Shown here piece after piece: positions 35,690 through 51,209 of a stretch of 64,000 nt of DNA; position 1 is the stretch's first letter; the number at the start of each line of letters is the position of its first letter. Below the pieces are notes generated by a model. That model saw nothing but the letters and a program-made list of their open reading frames with translations, was not told where the DNA came from and did not search any database. The translations under genes and the position numbers were made by a program. This DNA comes from Balanoglossus misakiensis (Eukaryota; Animalia; Hemichordata): positions 4,039,060 to 4,103,059 of the forward strand of contig CM082583.2 in assembly GCA_040954595.2 (NCBI GenBank), in the 5' to 3' direction.

Positions 35690-38600
35690 TACAGTGTCCT
35701 TTGGTTTCCTAAAAAGGCTACAGTAACAGGTTATACTCTTGCCTATATTAAAGTGACTCCCTCTCATCAAAACACCATTTTTATTTAGTAATCAATTGTG
35801 TCTTTTTAGACCAGGAAATGTTGGATACAGTGTTCAAGACACTAACTGTACTGATCAGAAACATTAGCACATTTATCAGTATTTTTTTGCAACCAGAGAA
35901 TTGTAGGGTTTTGAGGGAAATATCCAATTTTCACAACAAACCTTGCAGACATGATGACAAATATACAAGCTTCAGTGCACGACACACAAGTGAAGAAAAC
36001 AGCCATACTGAGATTCTGTGCTCTAATTTGTACAATTGGACACGGAAAAACGATTTTTCTTATAAACAAGTATACAAAATACATCATGAATTGTAATATA
36101 ATTGCGGATATCACAAGCCAAAAATCTGAAAATATATGATCAGCTAGAATGTGATCAGCTGTCGGATTCCCAGGGAAGCCAACGGATAAATGGAAAGAAA
36201 ACATCATGGGCTTATTTTTATGACGGATTCAATGGATAAACTTTTTTTAACGAGAAACAGGGTCGCCATAAATTTGACTATACTGAAAGATTCTCTTCAG
36301 TTGTGCTTTTTACTGATTTTAGTATTAACATGTCAACCTCGGAATTAGTGGTTATTCTTTTGCATAGGCTGGATTAAAATTTACCTGACAGTGACACAGA
36401 TAGAGGATGTTCATCTACTCAGAGTCTACGGCCATAAACTAAGTCTGGCCTCTCTCAGTGTTTGGACCATAAAATTTGCACACAAATACCGGCGTCTGAG
36501 TGGCGGTGTAATAAAACTAGGGCACTATGTACCTGTATCTCCATGGCAACAAAATAATAGCCATCTTGTCGTAAAAAAAATTCATTATCCAGCCAAATAT
36601 GTACTCCATCACTACATACATGATGCTCTGTGTCCTCATAACAATAAATGGCCGTATAGTGCAGTCTTGACCACTAGAGGGCCAGAAATGAGAAGGGCAG
36701 CTGTCAAAAAGTGAAAACCTGTATTTCCAACCATATGAACTGGAAGCAGCTAAAAGTGACTTCGGACCCTTACCCTTTAACATAATGGCAGGATATCAGT
36801 TTCGTTACCGCACAGCACTGAATGCATAAAAGATTGAGACTTGCACGATCTATGAAGAATATCACTCACTACATTGTAGATTCAATATTTTTCCAGGGGT
36901 AATACTGAAATCCAATTAAATACAAACCAATGCAATTTCCAGCGATAATTTTGCAAGACAGCTGTTAAATTGGGTTGATGGCCCCTTAAAGTTCACTGTG
37001 TAACTGATTCTGAGCAGGTGTATATTGTGCATTTTATGACATGTAATTACAGAAGGATACCTTGGGTTCTGATTGGAATGGAGGCCAACTACTCTCTGTC
37101 ACTACACAGTAACAGTAATACGATGGAGTGACCTACAAAACGCCTCAAAAGTCTAAAATTCTGAACAGTATTATTTATCTTACAAAGTATTATTTATCTT
37201 ACAAAGCAGAGTGCAAAATTGTATCCCTATACTGACAAAGACACTCTTGGCTTGTTTTATGTACATTTGCTAGTAAAATAAAACACTCGCGATTTGTCAT
37301 TCTCTTCCGGATGGAAAAATACATCTTACGACAGATTCCATATATTGTTCTGCCGTGTATTAAATGACATATTTGACTTTGTTTTCAAACCATATGGATG
37401 ATTGGTTTTGACTACAAGTGAATTCTCACATCATCATCGTGCATGATAGATGACTGACCTGAATTCAGCCTACATGTATTCACATGTAAATATCGTGTTA
37501 TAATAAAAGTGAAAACATATCACAACCTATTTGCATACCAATACAATTCTGTTTCTAGGGCCCTGCACTACAGAAACATTCATTTCCATAAAAACAGAAA
37601 AATTAAAGCCAAAATCATCAGGAGTAAGAATAATATGATATAATTATGTTTGTTTTGGGGGGAGGTTAAAAAGGATAAATTTAGAAACCCGCTAGGGAAG
37701 ATTCATGGACAGTTGTTCACGTTAATCATAAATTTTCAAGCAGGTCTTGGTGCAATTTATTTATTCGCGCAAGCCGATAATTTTGAAATGCATATGAAGA
37801 AAGCCTGGGGTAGTTTAACATGAAGCACGGTACAACAAAACAGCCTTGTTACTATATTGAGATGGGTAATCATTTTCAGCGGCAAATAACATTCCTCGCG
37901 GGTAGAACATGTTGCATCTTCTGCATTATTAACTAAATGATACAAATGCGCCAACTTCGACTAATTTTAACAATACCAGTAAAGAACACGACAAAATGAA
38001 AGATTTCAACTCCCACACTGATGAAATGTATGCTATATTAAGATTTCATCACAGTTTCAATAGATCACGCCGTGATTATTAATTTATGTATGGAAATTAT
38101 CTATTTCCCAGATTTCACAACATAATAACGGGCGTCTGGCCTGTCAGCTAGCAAAAGACAGCGGTTCATTTTGTGAAAGTCAATTAATGGCATGGCTGCA
38201 CATGAGCTTGACTACACAATGATGTGAATGTGTGATTGATGACTTTATATCCTATATTGCTACACACATACATGTATGTAGCCAATCGCGAGTTCTAATC
38301 CCAAATATACAGTTTCACTTCAACAGAAACACCTCAGCTATTGCCCAACCACATCCCTGGCACTGAGGTAGACAGAATCTAATAACTTGAGTTTTACGTG
38401 CCACATTTCACCCCCCCCCCCCCTCCCAAGGGGTTTTCAGCGCAATTTCAGCGCAATTCTTAAGCTGTCAATCTAAAGGTACTGACAGCTGGCAAATCAA
38501 TAAAATCACAGCTGATTCCATCCAGGGAAGAGGAAAAACGCAGGGTAGTCCGGAAGTGCTGGCTTTATTGCGGAAATGGCAAATTTCAGGGTTTTTGACT

Positions 38601-39587
38601 TTTCTTTCAGTGGCAGCCTAAAAACAGATCATGGTTTTCAGTTAAACGAATGGCCAGACACATCTGTGTGTGAAAACTTTCCCATTCTGCACCACGACGG
38701 CTAGCAGTTTATTACCAACTACTTGACAGAAAGGAAACACTAAGAGATCTTTCAGGGGGTCTCCATGGTAACCGGAGTCCATCAATGCCAGGACGTCGAC
38801 GATGTTCATTTCTCTCACCGGCACCCATGGCAACACAGCACGACAGTTACCAGCTGATCATCGCAACGATTATTTCATTATATTGACCGTATGTGCGCGA
38901 TTATCGCTCTATGACGCTTTATTGAGTGCAGGTATGATGCTTTCCTGTCAGTACCACATCTCCTACTTTCCATGGCAAACATAAAAACTGGCACAGTTGC
39001 ACTTGCATATGTTGTTTTGGTTTATATTTTTTTACTCTTAGGCTAATATATATATAACAATCTACAGTGTCTTATCCTCTTGAAATAATGTTGAATTCTC
39101 AGCCACAAGATCACCCACCTCACCCTGCTTAGTGGAACAGAAAACATAATTACAGTGTGTTGATTGATCAATTGATTGTCATTACACGTCCTGAAGATTA
39201 CCTGAATTTCTGGGTCACCGCCTTAAATGATGTTTTTTTCTTCATCCTAGTGGTCACATACATTTTAAATAATTGCATTGTGGACCAAAGAAGTCAACAA
39301 CTGAAATGCATGTATCACCGGTACCTGTATTTTTTGTGACCTGTTTGTGGCTAATTACTGCTTTGGCAGAAAGTATTCAAACTGGTTAAAGATGACCCAT
39401 ACATTAATTTAGCACAGTCCGGCACCTCATTTGTCTAAAATGACACAAATCCGGCCTCCTGAAACATGGGATTACCAGGACTCAACTAGTTAGCTAAAAG
39501 GGTACATAAGGTTGTGCAAGAATTATCTTGTCGGAAGAATGAATTCTTTAACAACATGCTCAGTTGAAACTTTGAACATTTCCTTAA

Positions 39588-40163
39588 AGGTCCCATGTCA
39601 TGCTTTGGAAAGTTTTCATTTTTCCACGTTAAAAGCTCACCTAGGGTACCTGTCTATGCATTGCCTATTGTGTCGGTTCTGAAAAATGTGCGCGAATGCC
39701 GGAATTTGCCCCCTTTTTTCATGCCTGTGATCAGGGAGCCACTTCGCACTCGAGCCAGGCGAAGGTATTTGCATATGGACAAACAAGTACACTACTTCGT
39801 AGTGTACCATTCTGTTTACAGTAAAGTGTAATTAGCGGTCCATGAGTAATTAAGTCCACAGACAAAGACAAGCTATATAAACAGTGTTCAAAGCAAAGGA
39901 AGCCCTTGCCTCACATTGCAGGCAGAGGATTTACAAAGGTGTGAAAGACTATTTGTCCACATAAAGATAAGTCTTCAGCTTAACTTCGAAAAGCCGAAAA
40001 AAATCGACTGAGTTGGGTTAGGGGTACACGCCCACCCGCCACTTTTACTTGCTTGTTATCTAAGCACAAGGGGCAAAACGCATTGCAAGATAGTAACATA
40101 CGTTAACTTCAAGACCCAAACAGTGATTTTACGCGTGGTTGTATAGGGCATGGCATGGGACCT
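39588..40163. mobile_element. Kolobok-like MITE family C
   Basis: TTAA|AGGTCCCATGTCATGC...GCATGGCATGGGACCT|TTAA. Confidence 0.82.
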
Positions 40164-40200
40164 TTAAATGCAAACATGTCTGTGTAGTGAAAAGCCTTAA

Positions 40201-40541
40201 AGGGACAAAGTCTCTCTCTCACCGCCCTTTTCCCATTAATTGTATTTGATACAAGACACTGTTTATGTTAATGTACATGTGTATATGTAGTGAATCAACG
40301 TTAAACCACACACAACTTCCATCCCGCCTGTATGATATGAGAGTAACAATTTGTCCAAAATGAATAAATGGTAGAGACCACTTATTCATTTTGGCAAGAT
40401 TTTTCACTCTCGTGTCTACAAGCGGGATGGAAAGTGTGTGTGGTTGAACGTTGATTCACTATATATTCACATAACATAGACGGTGTCTTGTATCAAACGT
40501 AATTAATGGAAAATGGGCAGCGAGAGAGAGACTTTGTCCCT
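40201..40541. mobile_element. Kolobok-like palindromic MITE family A
   Basis: TTAA TSD, long inverted arms starting AGGGACAAAGTCTCTCTCTC. Confidence 0.9.
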
Positions 40542-42698
40542 TTAAGAATTATCTTTGTAGAAGAAACTTGCCAAAACATGACAGTCATGATATGGTAACC
40601 CTACAGTATCAACAATTTTATATTGCACATCATAAAAATAATTTTCAGGGTAATAAATTACATGTACCACAGAGAGGGGAAAATGACAGTTCAGCATTTC
40701 AGTACTGTTTGTGATTCTAAAGAAATGATGTATCGTACATCCGGATCCCTAATTGAAAGCACTATAGTTTCACGGATTTATGAGTTGCACATCATTTGCG
40801 ACAGTAGTAATATCCATGATGTGTGGGAATGTGTCCTTCCATTAAGTCCACACACTACCCGAGTTTGGTTTTATTGCAAAGTACTCAAAAATTTATTGCC
40901 GATATTATTCTCAGAGAAAATTAATGAATTCTTCCTGGGGAAATTTTTACAGTGGTTCCTGATCAAACATAAGTCTTAAAATTGATAGAGTCACATTTGA
41001 GAACTAGGAAGGTAAGGCTATATGAAGGGGGTTCACACTGGATGGTTTACAGCGGTGTAGCACCGGTGCTGGGCCTGGGCCGATGTAAAATAACCAATGT
41101 GGACATGCTGCGTCGGCAAAAGGGAGACTTAGTTTGGTCCCAGTAGGAAGTGTCATAAGAGAAGCATACAGTCTATGAAAATAACAGAAGTTTGCATAAA
41201 TTGCAATTTCACTACAAGCCACACATGCTCCCATCCACTCAGCCTTTAATTGTAAGATTTCTTTCAATCTGATGGATTCTGGAAACATTTTCTATGCATA
41301 CCCCTACTTTCCTTTTCATGCCTTAGAAATGTCTGTGTGAGATTGAAGTGAAGACTCTATCTTTGCAATGGCATGTACCAGTATATATGCAATGACGGCT
41401 AATTAAGGGTTTTTCAATAGTGTGCAAAGATCCCGGAATTCGTCGAATAGCTTATTCGCAGAACGGCACTCCGTCAATTTCTGCCATTTCTGTTGGCATT
41501 CCATTGGATTGATAGACTATTATTATTAGCAGTGCGCAATTTCTGTTGTCTCACTGCACTTCTGTACACAGAATGACAAATGATGTCTTTCTGCTCTGAC
41601 GCGACAAACCATTTATCAGTATAAGGCTGTCAACCCCTCATATCCGTTGGAGCAGCGTCGATGCGAAAAAGCTCAGTACTCTGGAAATTGGCTGTTCGCG
41701 CACTGGCAGAATTGGCTCCGTGGTAATGATTATTTCGCTTCGTTTACAATATTCCCCACGGGCAAAATAGTGCACCTCTGTGCAGCAATTTGCTTAACCT
41801 GCAAATATTGTCCACTTTCCAGGTCTTAACAACCTCGTGAGTTGTATCAATAGCAATACATTATGAGGGCATTACTGCATATATTGCTGTCAGTCACTGC
41901 CTGCATATATCGTCTTGTCGTAAAAGCTGCCATGTTCACTGTGTAACCAGCAGAACTTAAGTTGATTCACAGTAAGAAGCAAATCTTATTTTTAAAATTG
42001 TTTTGGATATCTTAATTTTCCAGCTCATAACAATACTTTTCAAGTTCTAATTTGAACTGAGGGATGTCATATCCATGCTCAAATAAACACATCTAATCAA
42101 GATATCTCGGAAGAGTCATTTTTGCAAAATGTTATAAATGAGAATCTTATGGTTTTACTAAAATACACTGGAGAATTTACATGTCACTTGGAATGTGCAC
42201 TGTACAGCAAAAACAAGTCTCTGTTATAGAGAGTTTTATATCTTCAAACTTTTCTACTATATGTATTGTATACACGTACACGTACATATATGTATATGAT
42301 ATATGTTTGTAGGGAATGGGTTTCTTTGATGTATACACCTTAACAAAGTAATTACACAGAGTCTGGACATTGCTAGCAGGCATCACGCAGAAAAAAAGAC
42401 AACCCACCGTACCTCCAATTCCAGGATTCATAGGAAAACGCAATAAGTGTAGAGCAAATACACGGCCTAAGATTTATTACATGGCTTTTAAAAGGCAAAA
42501 GTAATATTTCCTCAGGGCCGGCATCCATTTCACTTGGAAGATTTTCTTCCGAGAGTTGCACTCGCATGTACCCAGAAAGCTGTATAAAGTTCACTTTCTA
42601 ATCTATCACCTTTAAACATGTTAAACCACAAAGATTCTGGTCACTAACTTTACACTTGAACTTGACAGTGAATGATACTTAATAATGTGCATTATTAA

Positions 42699-43045
42699 AG
42701 GGACAAAGTCTCTCTCTCGCTGCCCCTTTTTCCATTAATTATGTTTGATACAAGACACTGTTTATGTTAATGTACATGTGAATATATACTGAATCAATGA
42801 TCAACCACACAAAACTTCCATCCCACTTGTATGATATGAGAGTTAAACTCGCCCAAAATGAATAAATGGTAAAGAACGATTATTCATTTTGGCGGGTTTT
42901 TTCACTCTCCTGTCTATAATGGGGATGGAAGTTGTGTGTGGTTGAACATTCATTCACTATATATCCACATGTAGAATAACAAACGGTGTCTTGTATCAAA
43001 TATAGTTAATGGAAAAAAGGGCAGCGAGAGAGAGACTTTGTCCCT
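42699..43045. mobile_element. Kolobok-like palindromic MITE family A
   Basis: TTAA TSD, same termini and core as 40201 and 58039. Confidence 0.9.
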
Positions 43046-44606
43046 TTAAGAATAGCACTAAAAATTTTCAAGACAAAGTAAAGAAACCCCACTTTTAAAA
43101 CCAGCGCATTCATATCATGTACATGTATACGTATTCGCAGGTCATAGGTCACTACTCTGACCATGAATGACACAATATACTGTAATTATACTTAGAGTGC
43201 TTGATGATAATTTCTGAAGCAATTTATTGGAAGGACAATTTGTTTTTATTTGCTTGTTTTTTACACAAACTGAATAATACGATAATGTATTATTTTTAGA
43301 AATGCAAGAGATAACGCAGTGAAGAGTTTGATGGGTGACATGTGGCAGACAGGAAATCAATCATGGTGATTTTTTGTAACACCAGCACCATGATTTTTGG
43401 ACAAGTACAACACTTTTGATATCTTGAGATGAGAAATTGGAAATAATCCCTTGGATTACGAAGCCATTAATATTCTGGCAAAATTCATCATTTTTCAAAA
43501 GAACCGAGTCTTTACCGGCAATATACAGGCTGTTTTGACAAGAAGAAAAACATTTTACCATTCTGAAGTGAGCAGAAGCAAAACATGTGTAGCTCATACA
43601 GAGGATAGAAATCCTGAAAAAAGTTGACAAAAATTATGGCTAATCGGTGATAAAAGATGGATACATGTATATATCAGCATAAGATCTGACGATAGTTAAT
43701 CAAAAGCTGAACAGATGAAATAATCTGAGGGTTATGACAGAGAACAGTCTCTGAGTTTTTCACACTTAATACTAATAGCAAAAGTACCTCCTCAGCCGCT
43801 GTCACCATGACAATGTCAAACGCGTACATTTCACTCAATAAACAGATATGATGTCATCAGGAAGCAAGCACGCCCACCCAACTATCAAATCCCTAATGTT
43901 TCGACTCTCCCAGCTATGCTGAAATTCTCTGTGAGACAGCATTTTATAATAATTCCGTCAACTTTTTCAAAGCTTTTACCTACTTCAAGAAGTTTCCTGG
44001 CTACGTTACTGATAGCCTCTCCACGGACTGAAGACGTATGGCACCAACGTGATACTAACCACAACACAGGTAAATTTATTAAAAGCTACTCTGAAGTACC
44101 TTTAGTGGGGTTACTAACCTGTCCTATATTACTCAAGTACAGTGACAAGTTTCACAGTGAGAAATGGGGCAAGTAATTGGCAGAAATTTTATATGTGTAT
44201 AGTGCAGGCGTTTTGAGAGCATAATGGGTTCTCAGGATGTGGACATCAGTATTTCACATTATCTATACTTGTGGCTTCAAAGTGGAAACCCTGATCAAAA
44301 CTGAACTTACAGTTGATGATTACAGAATCACTCGCAAAGGATCCTATGTTAAAGCCCCATGAGCAGACATGTTTTGTATGATAATGACCTGTCATTTTAC
44401 TCTCAAACTTAGATCAGTCCATTTAAAGTGAGCTTATTGAAAGGTATACAGAAGTGTCTTACCAACCTCTGATTACAACTGTACATGTATGTGTAAATGT
44501 GAACAAGTTATTAATAATAAATGGGTACCACACCCGTTTATTCAGCCTGTTGCAGCTTATGGTGGGGCTTTAAGTGTTTTAGTGTGTATGAGAAGAAACT
44601 GTGCCC

Positions 44607-44690
44607 ATGAATGAATGAATGAATGAATGAATGAATGAATGAATGAATGAATGAATGAATGAATGAATGAATGAGAGAGAGAGAGTGAGA
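44607..44690. repeat. (GAAT)n-(GA)n microsatellite
   Basis: Directly visible. Confidence 0.95.
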
Positions 44691-46978
44691 GAAATGGCAA
44701 GAGATAGAGAGGATTGATAGAGAGGATAGAATGAGGGGAGACGAAGAGGGCAGAAAAATTACAAGCAGGCAAAATTACAGCATGACCCTAACTTGCTCCC
44801 ATGATAGTGCACATATCATGGCAAGCTTTAGTGGTTCACCAGGTGATGTCAGTGCTGATACTGAAATTAATTCCTTGAGTCAGAAATTACGGAAGACGAC
44901 CTGTGGCAACAGAAAATTGAAAATAGCATCATCTGCTAATGGATGTTAGTATCCAGTATGCTATGTTTAAAATTATACTAGTAGCCATGGCCAATGTGAT
45001 GGATGTACTTCCCCAGGCATGGCATTCTAATGTATGTTTTTTACAGTTTACTTAGATCGCTGCCTTGTACATGTTTGGAAAATTGCAATTTCTGCCAAAG
45101 GCTCAAATGGTCTTGAAATGATTCTACTAATCATAAGCATTTGGCTAGTTACTATGATTATGCAAATTGAGATTTTTTTCTGAAATCTCTGCACGCACAA
45201 GGAAAGGCAGCGGCGGTAATAGTTTTTGTTGAGGACAGTTCATTTCTGAAGTTCGATCATCAGGTCAACAGTTTCTGATAAACGGGCAAATTTGCAAGTA
45301 GTGCCTTATCAACCTATGAATTAAATGGACCAATCACATCGCCTGTAATTTGTAAAGGTAGAATAACTGGCCTAGGCAATCTGACTGCTGTTGATTTAAT
45401 ATATACATGTTTTCATTGGCTAATAAGATTGAAAAAAAAAAACAGCTAAGTGTTTCAAACATTGTTTTTACAGCAAATAATTGTCAACACTATAATTAGG
45501 AAAATACTATGATTATTGAACTTAAACAGTTGTGACGTGCTGCAGTACATCACAAAATGCTGCACTTCTAGTCAACATTATGATTGAAAGAACAACAACA
45601 ACAACAACAACAACATTAATTAAGAAACTAGCTGTGTTCTATACTATAATGAAACAATAATAAGAAACAGGTGCTGGACTACACAATTACACCAAGCTCT
45701 CCATCTTCTTCTCAGACTATCATATTAATCTCTGATCAATATAACCAGTCATGTACACACTACACAGACTCGTTTTTTTAATTCCGTCTCTGCACTGTTT
45801 ACCTTTCAAATACCGAAGCAGCCCACATTTCCCCAAAGAAACAATTCTGCCATGTCAGGAAATTTCAAAAGCAGATCAAACGGAAATGTCGACCAAATGG
45901 ACCGATGAATAGGCGAGCTCCGGAGGGAGAGAGGAAAAAAAAACATTCCTGTTGGCTATTCACAGATTGTGACCTGCTTTCTAAGGTTATATTAACTATC
46001 AGTAGCATTTGACTCTAAGTTAAGGGTTGAATATAGATACTGGGTGCTTTCAGCAAGACACGATCTGATTGCCAATTGACAACAAATGAGAGTTAATGTA
46101 GTGTAATAAGTGTACATGTACATGTAAATTAGATTAACATATTTAATATGCCTTTTTCCCTCTCTAGAGTTTTCTTACTGTCAAACAACGAAAAATATAG
46201 CAAAAGATTCAGAACAGGTGCGTGCCTATACCTTCTAAGTGTACTCCTTTCACATGCCACTGATCAAATTTTCAAATTATTCATTCATGTTCTCTAGTCT
46301 GCATATTAATTGGTTCGTGATGGTTGATCTGTCCACAATGCAATACCGGCACATTTTACAAAAAACACCATCTTATTAATAACACTATAGATTGGATTAC
46401 CCATATGATGCGCATCAACAGCAGACAATCAGCAGTAGGTCAGGTCGGGTCGGGTTATTAAGTGATTGACTTGTACGACGTCATAATTATGATGATGTGG
46501 TTCCAGTGATGCAGTTGCCATGGATAGAGTCCTCTGACATGCATTTAGCACCCTATCTTTTAATATTAATACAGTTAGACTTAGAGTGGTTAAAATGATT
46601 GAGAAATTACCTTCAAATGTGATTATCAAACAATGATTGATTTATTGAATTCAAAGAATAATGTATAATCATATTATATCCAGCATTGTGAAGAAGTAAC
46701 ACTCATCTTGCCAAATATACATAAGAAGTGGATATTTCCTCGCGGACAGAATAACACTGTTCTAGTATCACATTCACAGACATGTAGTCTATCTGGGAAT
46801 ACAGGCTAATCCCTGTTGTCCTTTGGGGCTAATTGATTTTGCAGCTGGATATCCTTTAGCACACGTGCTGACATTTAGTTGTACCCTGTAGGCTTCGATC
46901 TTCAATCCGCATGCAGGTTTTTTTTTCTCTCTACGTGACAGAGACATTACAAATTAAAGATGCATGTAAAATCTAGTA

Positions 46979-47140
46979 CAGTCAAACCTGTGTTAGTGAC
47001 CACCTCTATATAGTGGCCACTTAGTTACAGTCCCTGTACAATTTACATGTGTATAAATTAACCTGTCTATAAAGACCACCTGTCTATAAAGGCCAGTTTG
47101 GTAAAGTCCCTTGACTGGTCACTATAGACAGGTTTGACTG
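46979..47140. mobile_element. Tc1/mariner-type MITE (TA target)
   Basis: TA|CAGTCAAACCTGT...AGTGACCA ... TGGTCACT...ACAGGTTTGACTG|TA. Confidence 0.82.
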
Positions 47141-47428
47141 TAAATACTAGTTCTTTATTATGCACAATCCATACGAGGGGAATTTGACTTTCGTCTGTCC
47201 ACACTTACACTTACTGACAGTTGAAGTCAGTGCCCGACTTTGATGTGCCCCAAAATCAAGATTCCTAGCTTCAACAGGAACCGGGGGCAACACCATTTCA
47301 CCACCATGGTTTGGTCCAAACCCATTCTTTTCTATGGTAAAGTTGGATTAAGCCAGACCTACAATGTACATGTACATGTATGCCTCCAGACTTGGACCGA
47401 AACTCCCAGCCCCACATTGGTTATTTAA

Positions 47429-47570
47429 AGGTATACATACGATCACCAATGGAAATTCAGCTACAGTTACCATGCGGCAAACTGAGATCTAGCCAGTCAC
47501 TTATTTTCAGTGAAGGGCACACGGGAAAAAAGAGCGCCGCCATATGTAAACTGGAGGTGACCGTGCACCT
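47429..47570. mobile_element. Short Kolobok-like MITE
   Basis: TTAA|AGGT...GATCACC ... GGTGACCGTGCACCT|TTAA, imperfect TIR. Confidence 0.55.
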
Positions 47571-49007
47571 TTAAAGTCGACATAACAGTACATGTACATG
47601 TATCTGTTCACTAGATTTGTGTCCCTGATACAATATCATATTATTATCTACCTTTTGATCAATTTATGTCTCCAGGAAACAAGCTACAGACAGTAACTGC
47701 ATAGACATCACCGAACTGCATTAATTTTCATGGTTGGTGAGTCACAGGTTCTGTGTATATACATGTAATCTCTTCAACGCTACATGTGGCAGCTCGTACA
47801 CGTAGAAATGGACAAAAACTTGGCTTTCTACGTTCATCAGCAAGGAGTGAATTCAATCGAAGTATCAACTACCAAGATTAGGGGCAATGGTTTGCTATGG
47901 CTGCATCTACCACACTCTAAGATGGCATATATTGTAGAATTCTGAATCAACTGTCTACATGTAGCTGTATTGGAAGAAAAGCGGACAAAATACGGCTAGA
48001 TTCAAGACTATGGAGAGACCAACTTTGTGATAAACTAAAGCCTGTGATGGATAGCACACTGGCATGTCTAGGATAAGTATCACCCTACTTCTGAAACAGC
48101 AGAATGAAGCCAGAAGCCTGAACTAACAGGAACACAAAGTTGGCAGGTGTTTCACTGATCCGAAGCAGTTATCTACATCACTGATTGTAGATAATAGCTG
48201 TTTCATGGCAAATGACACACACTGCGCAGTATAATCTTTCCTCTTTTTTTTACTTTCTACAAAGACATTTACCTCTAATCTATCTGCAGACCATATTACA
48301 CATGGAGGTTGCAGATGTGCTCTGTACATGTACATTGTACTAATATGGTTTTTGCTGAATAGGTGACAGAACTTTTGCAGGTTTACAATATACATACATG
48401 GGGATGACTACACGTAATCTTCACAACGAGATCCAAAACAACTGAATGGGAAAAGATCATACTATATGTCATGTCAAGAATGCCATTACCTTGGTAGCTC
48501 ACAAAGTATACGACATCGGCAAAATCAATGGGCCATAAACTTGTAACTCTCTTCTAATTCAACACCAGGGCCTATAATTGCTACCCATTTCAAGGTTTAT
48601 CAACATAAGTTTGCCTGTGAGAGACCTAACATAGAGCTAGAAGACAGTTGACTAATGATACGGGAAGACGTGTAGTCAAGAGCATGTAGTCAAGTGTGTG
48701 ACTGACACCCTGAAGAAAGCGTGCACAGCTGTGTATGCAGAGAATATGCACGCTATAATTTCAGCCTCCGACAATTGAAATACTCTGAGGCCTTACTTGT
48801 GCAATTGGGATCGAAATATCGTAACGAGAGACCAGCAGATAGACATCATGACATAGATGATGTACATGTACATGTATCTCCATGTGTATTTTCACTGTTT
48901 ACCGTACATGTATGTGTGTGTAATTGACTGTCACTATTATTTTCTACCTTTTCTGCATTAAACCTTAATTCTTATGGAATATTCCAACATTTTCAATGAT
49001 TGATATA

Positions 49008-49214
49008 CTGTAAAACACTTTATTTTCGCGAGCAATTAATTTTCGCCAAATACGCGAGAGCCAAAATAGCCTGAAAATAAAAAGTCGCGTAATTGTTTTT
49101 TAAGATAACGATGCAGTGAATGAAATAAGAGAACGCGAAAATTAATACTCGCGAAACAGTGGCCTCTATCGATATTGCAAAAATTTTGACTCGCGAAAAT
49201 AAAGTGTTTTACAT
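49008..49214. mobile_element. TA-target MITE, CTGTAAAACAC family
   Basis: TIR CTGTAAAACACTTTATTTTCGCGAG; internal CGCGAAA repeats; reverse-oriented copy at 50394. Confidence 0.85.
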
Positions 49215-50393
49215 TTTGTAGCTCATCACAGCAGGAGCTTGAAAGACTTGAGTTGGTAAAAAAAAAAGCAGGAAGCATATTGTGACTTCTTGACAATCTA
49301 CAGTTGTCTAGTAAATTTTTGACAATACCCACCAGAAAAAAATTTAAATACTTTCATTTGATATTTGCATAATGACATTCGGAGCAAATCATGTGATATG
49401 AAGAGATTTTGAGCAAAATTATCAGAGAGAATTATGGGTAATTCCACATAAACGTACAGTGCACTTTTAATAGCTTTTTTTTTTCAAATTGCAATACCTC
49501 TACACTCTACAGTAAACTGAGCAACCTTCAATACTGAAATGAAGCATTATCAAATCTCTTATCAAAAAGCCACAATTCCTCAAGCAAGAATCAAAGAGAA
49601 TGGATTGTACCATCCTCAGCTGATTTTTTCCTTATCTGTTCAATTTCACTAAAAGGCTGCAGCCAACAAATGAAATATTAATGAACCCGAGGTAGCAATT
49701 TTGCCTCCCTTTGGACTCGATAATTGGCAGCGGATGTGATGTCTCCACTCTTGAAATGTATTATTGTTCACTGCAAAGCTTTCATCAGCTGACCTGGGCA
49801 GGCATTTTTTACTCACAGGTGAGCACATTCATAGTCTATAAATTTTGGTGGCAATTCCCAGAGGGAGCATATTCGTTTCAGGCACAGTCGATTATTCATT
49901 TTGATCCATGAAAGATCTTCTCTCAGATGTCATCACAAAAATCTATACGGCTTGATGGGTTGACAAGCCGTATGCTCCATGTCAAATTTTGAAACTATCT
50001 ACTCTGACCACGCTTCTGTTTTTTTTTCCCAGATAGAACTCCACTCAGGAGGAAAATCTGGGCAGTTTATCTTCTTCTTAGAAGAATGAAAGACTCCACT
50101 TTGCAGACAGCAGGAGAATTAATACTGCGGCTTGGGCGGCCATTTTGAATTTTAATCATTCTTGTCAGGCTGATGTGCAGGTATGAGAAATTGTAAAACC
50201 TGACGAGGATATAACTCCACAACATTGACAGATTGTCAACCATGAAAGTGCGTGTATTAAAGATTAGAAATCACATATCCATTGAATTATTCTTTACCAT
50301 GCTTTATAATTTCACATACATGCATACTCACTGTTCAATGAACACCAATGATACACTGATATAAGGTACATGTATACACAAGTGGAGGAACTA

Positions 50394-50602
50394 CTGTAAA
50401 ACACTTTATTTTCATGAGTTGAAATTTTTGCGATATCCAGAGAGGCCACTGTTTTGCGAGTATTAATTTTCGCATTCTCTTATTTCATTCACTGCATCGT
50501 TATCTTCAAAAAAAAATTTCGCAACTTTTTATTGTCATGCTATTTTGGCTCTCGCGTATTTCGCGAAAAATGTATTGCTCGCGAAAATAGCCTGTTTTAC
50601 AG
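50394..50602. mobile_element. TA-target MITE, CTGTAAAACAC family (inverted relative to 49008)
   Basis: TA|CTGTAAAAC...GTTTTACAG|TA; internal sequence is the reverse complement of 49008-49214. Confidence 0.85.
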
Positions 50603-51209
50603 TATACATATAGTGAATTGACAGGGATTCTTCAAACGTTCAGGTGACCTACTTCAGCAAAGTTGGGTACATGATCTTCCTGTAATTAGTGCGGCGTACA
50701 TGTACATTAAAATAATGAGCTGTGTCTGTTGGCATAGTCGAGTTCTGGCGTGGGTTAAGTGTTTTAGATTTTAACTGAGTTCCTTCGACTGCCATCTTTG
50801 ATGGGTCACACGTGAGTATGTACTGGGCGCACGTGTGGCAATTATGCAAATCTCAGAAATCGGTTCGTTTCAGTCTCCCTGAAACCCAGGGTACGGCTAT
50901 CAACTGAGACATTTACCAGTGAATGGACCCGCACTCTCTTGTGATTTCTTTAAGCTTTTTGATCACAAAACCCAAACAGCTGGGACCATGCAGTTATTTT
51001 TGTGTTGACTGTGGTCGCTCTGGGACATCAGCTGTTCTCAACTATAACTCGCGCAAATCAATATTAAGAGTACAACCATTGGCAGTTGACCGGTACATTA
51101 GAGTGATTATGGATTTTTAGTTCGGAATCTCTCTTTGCCGCATTTGGCAACATGGACATGTACATGTATGTCACTAATGCACATGAGCCGGGACTTTGCC
51201 TGACAAGTG

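Noticed and set aside
37166-37207. 19-bp direct tandem duplication agtattatttatcttacaa
   Set aside because: Ordinary replication slippage with no further structure.
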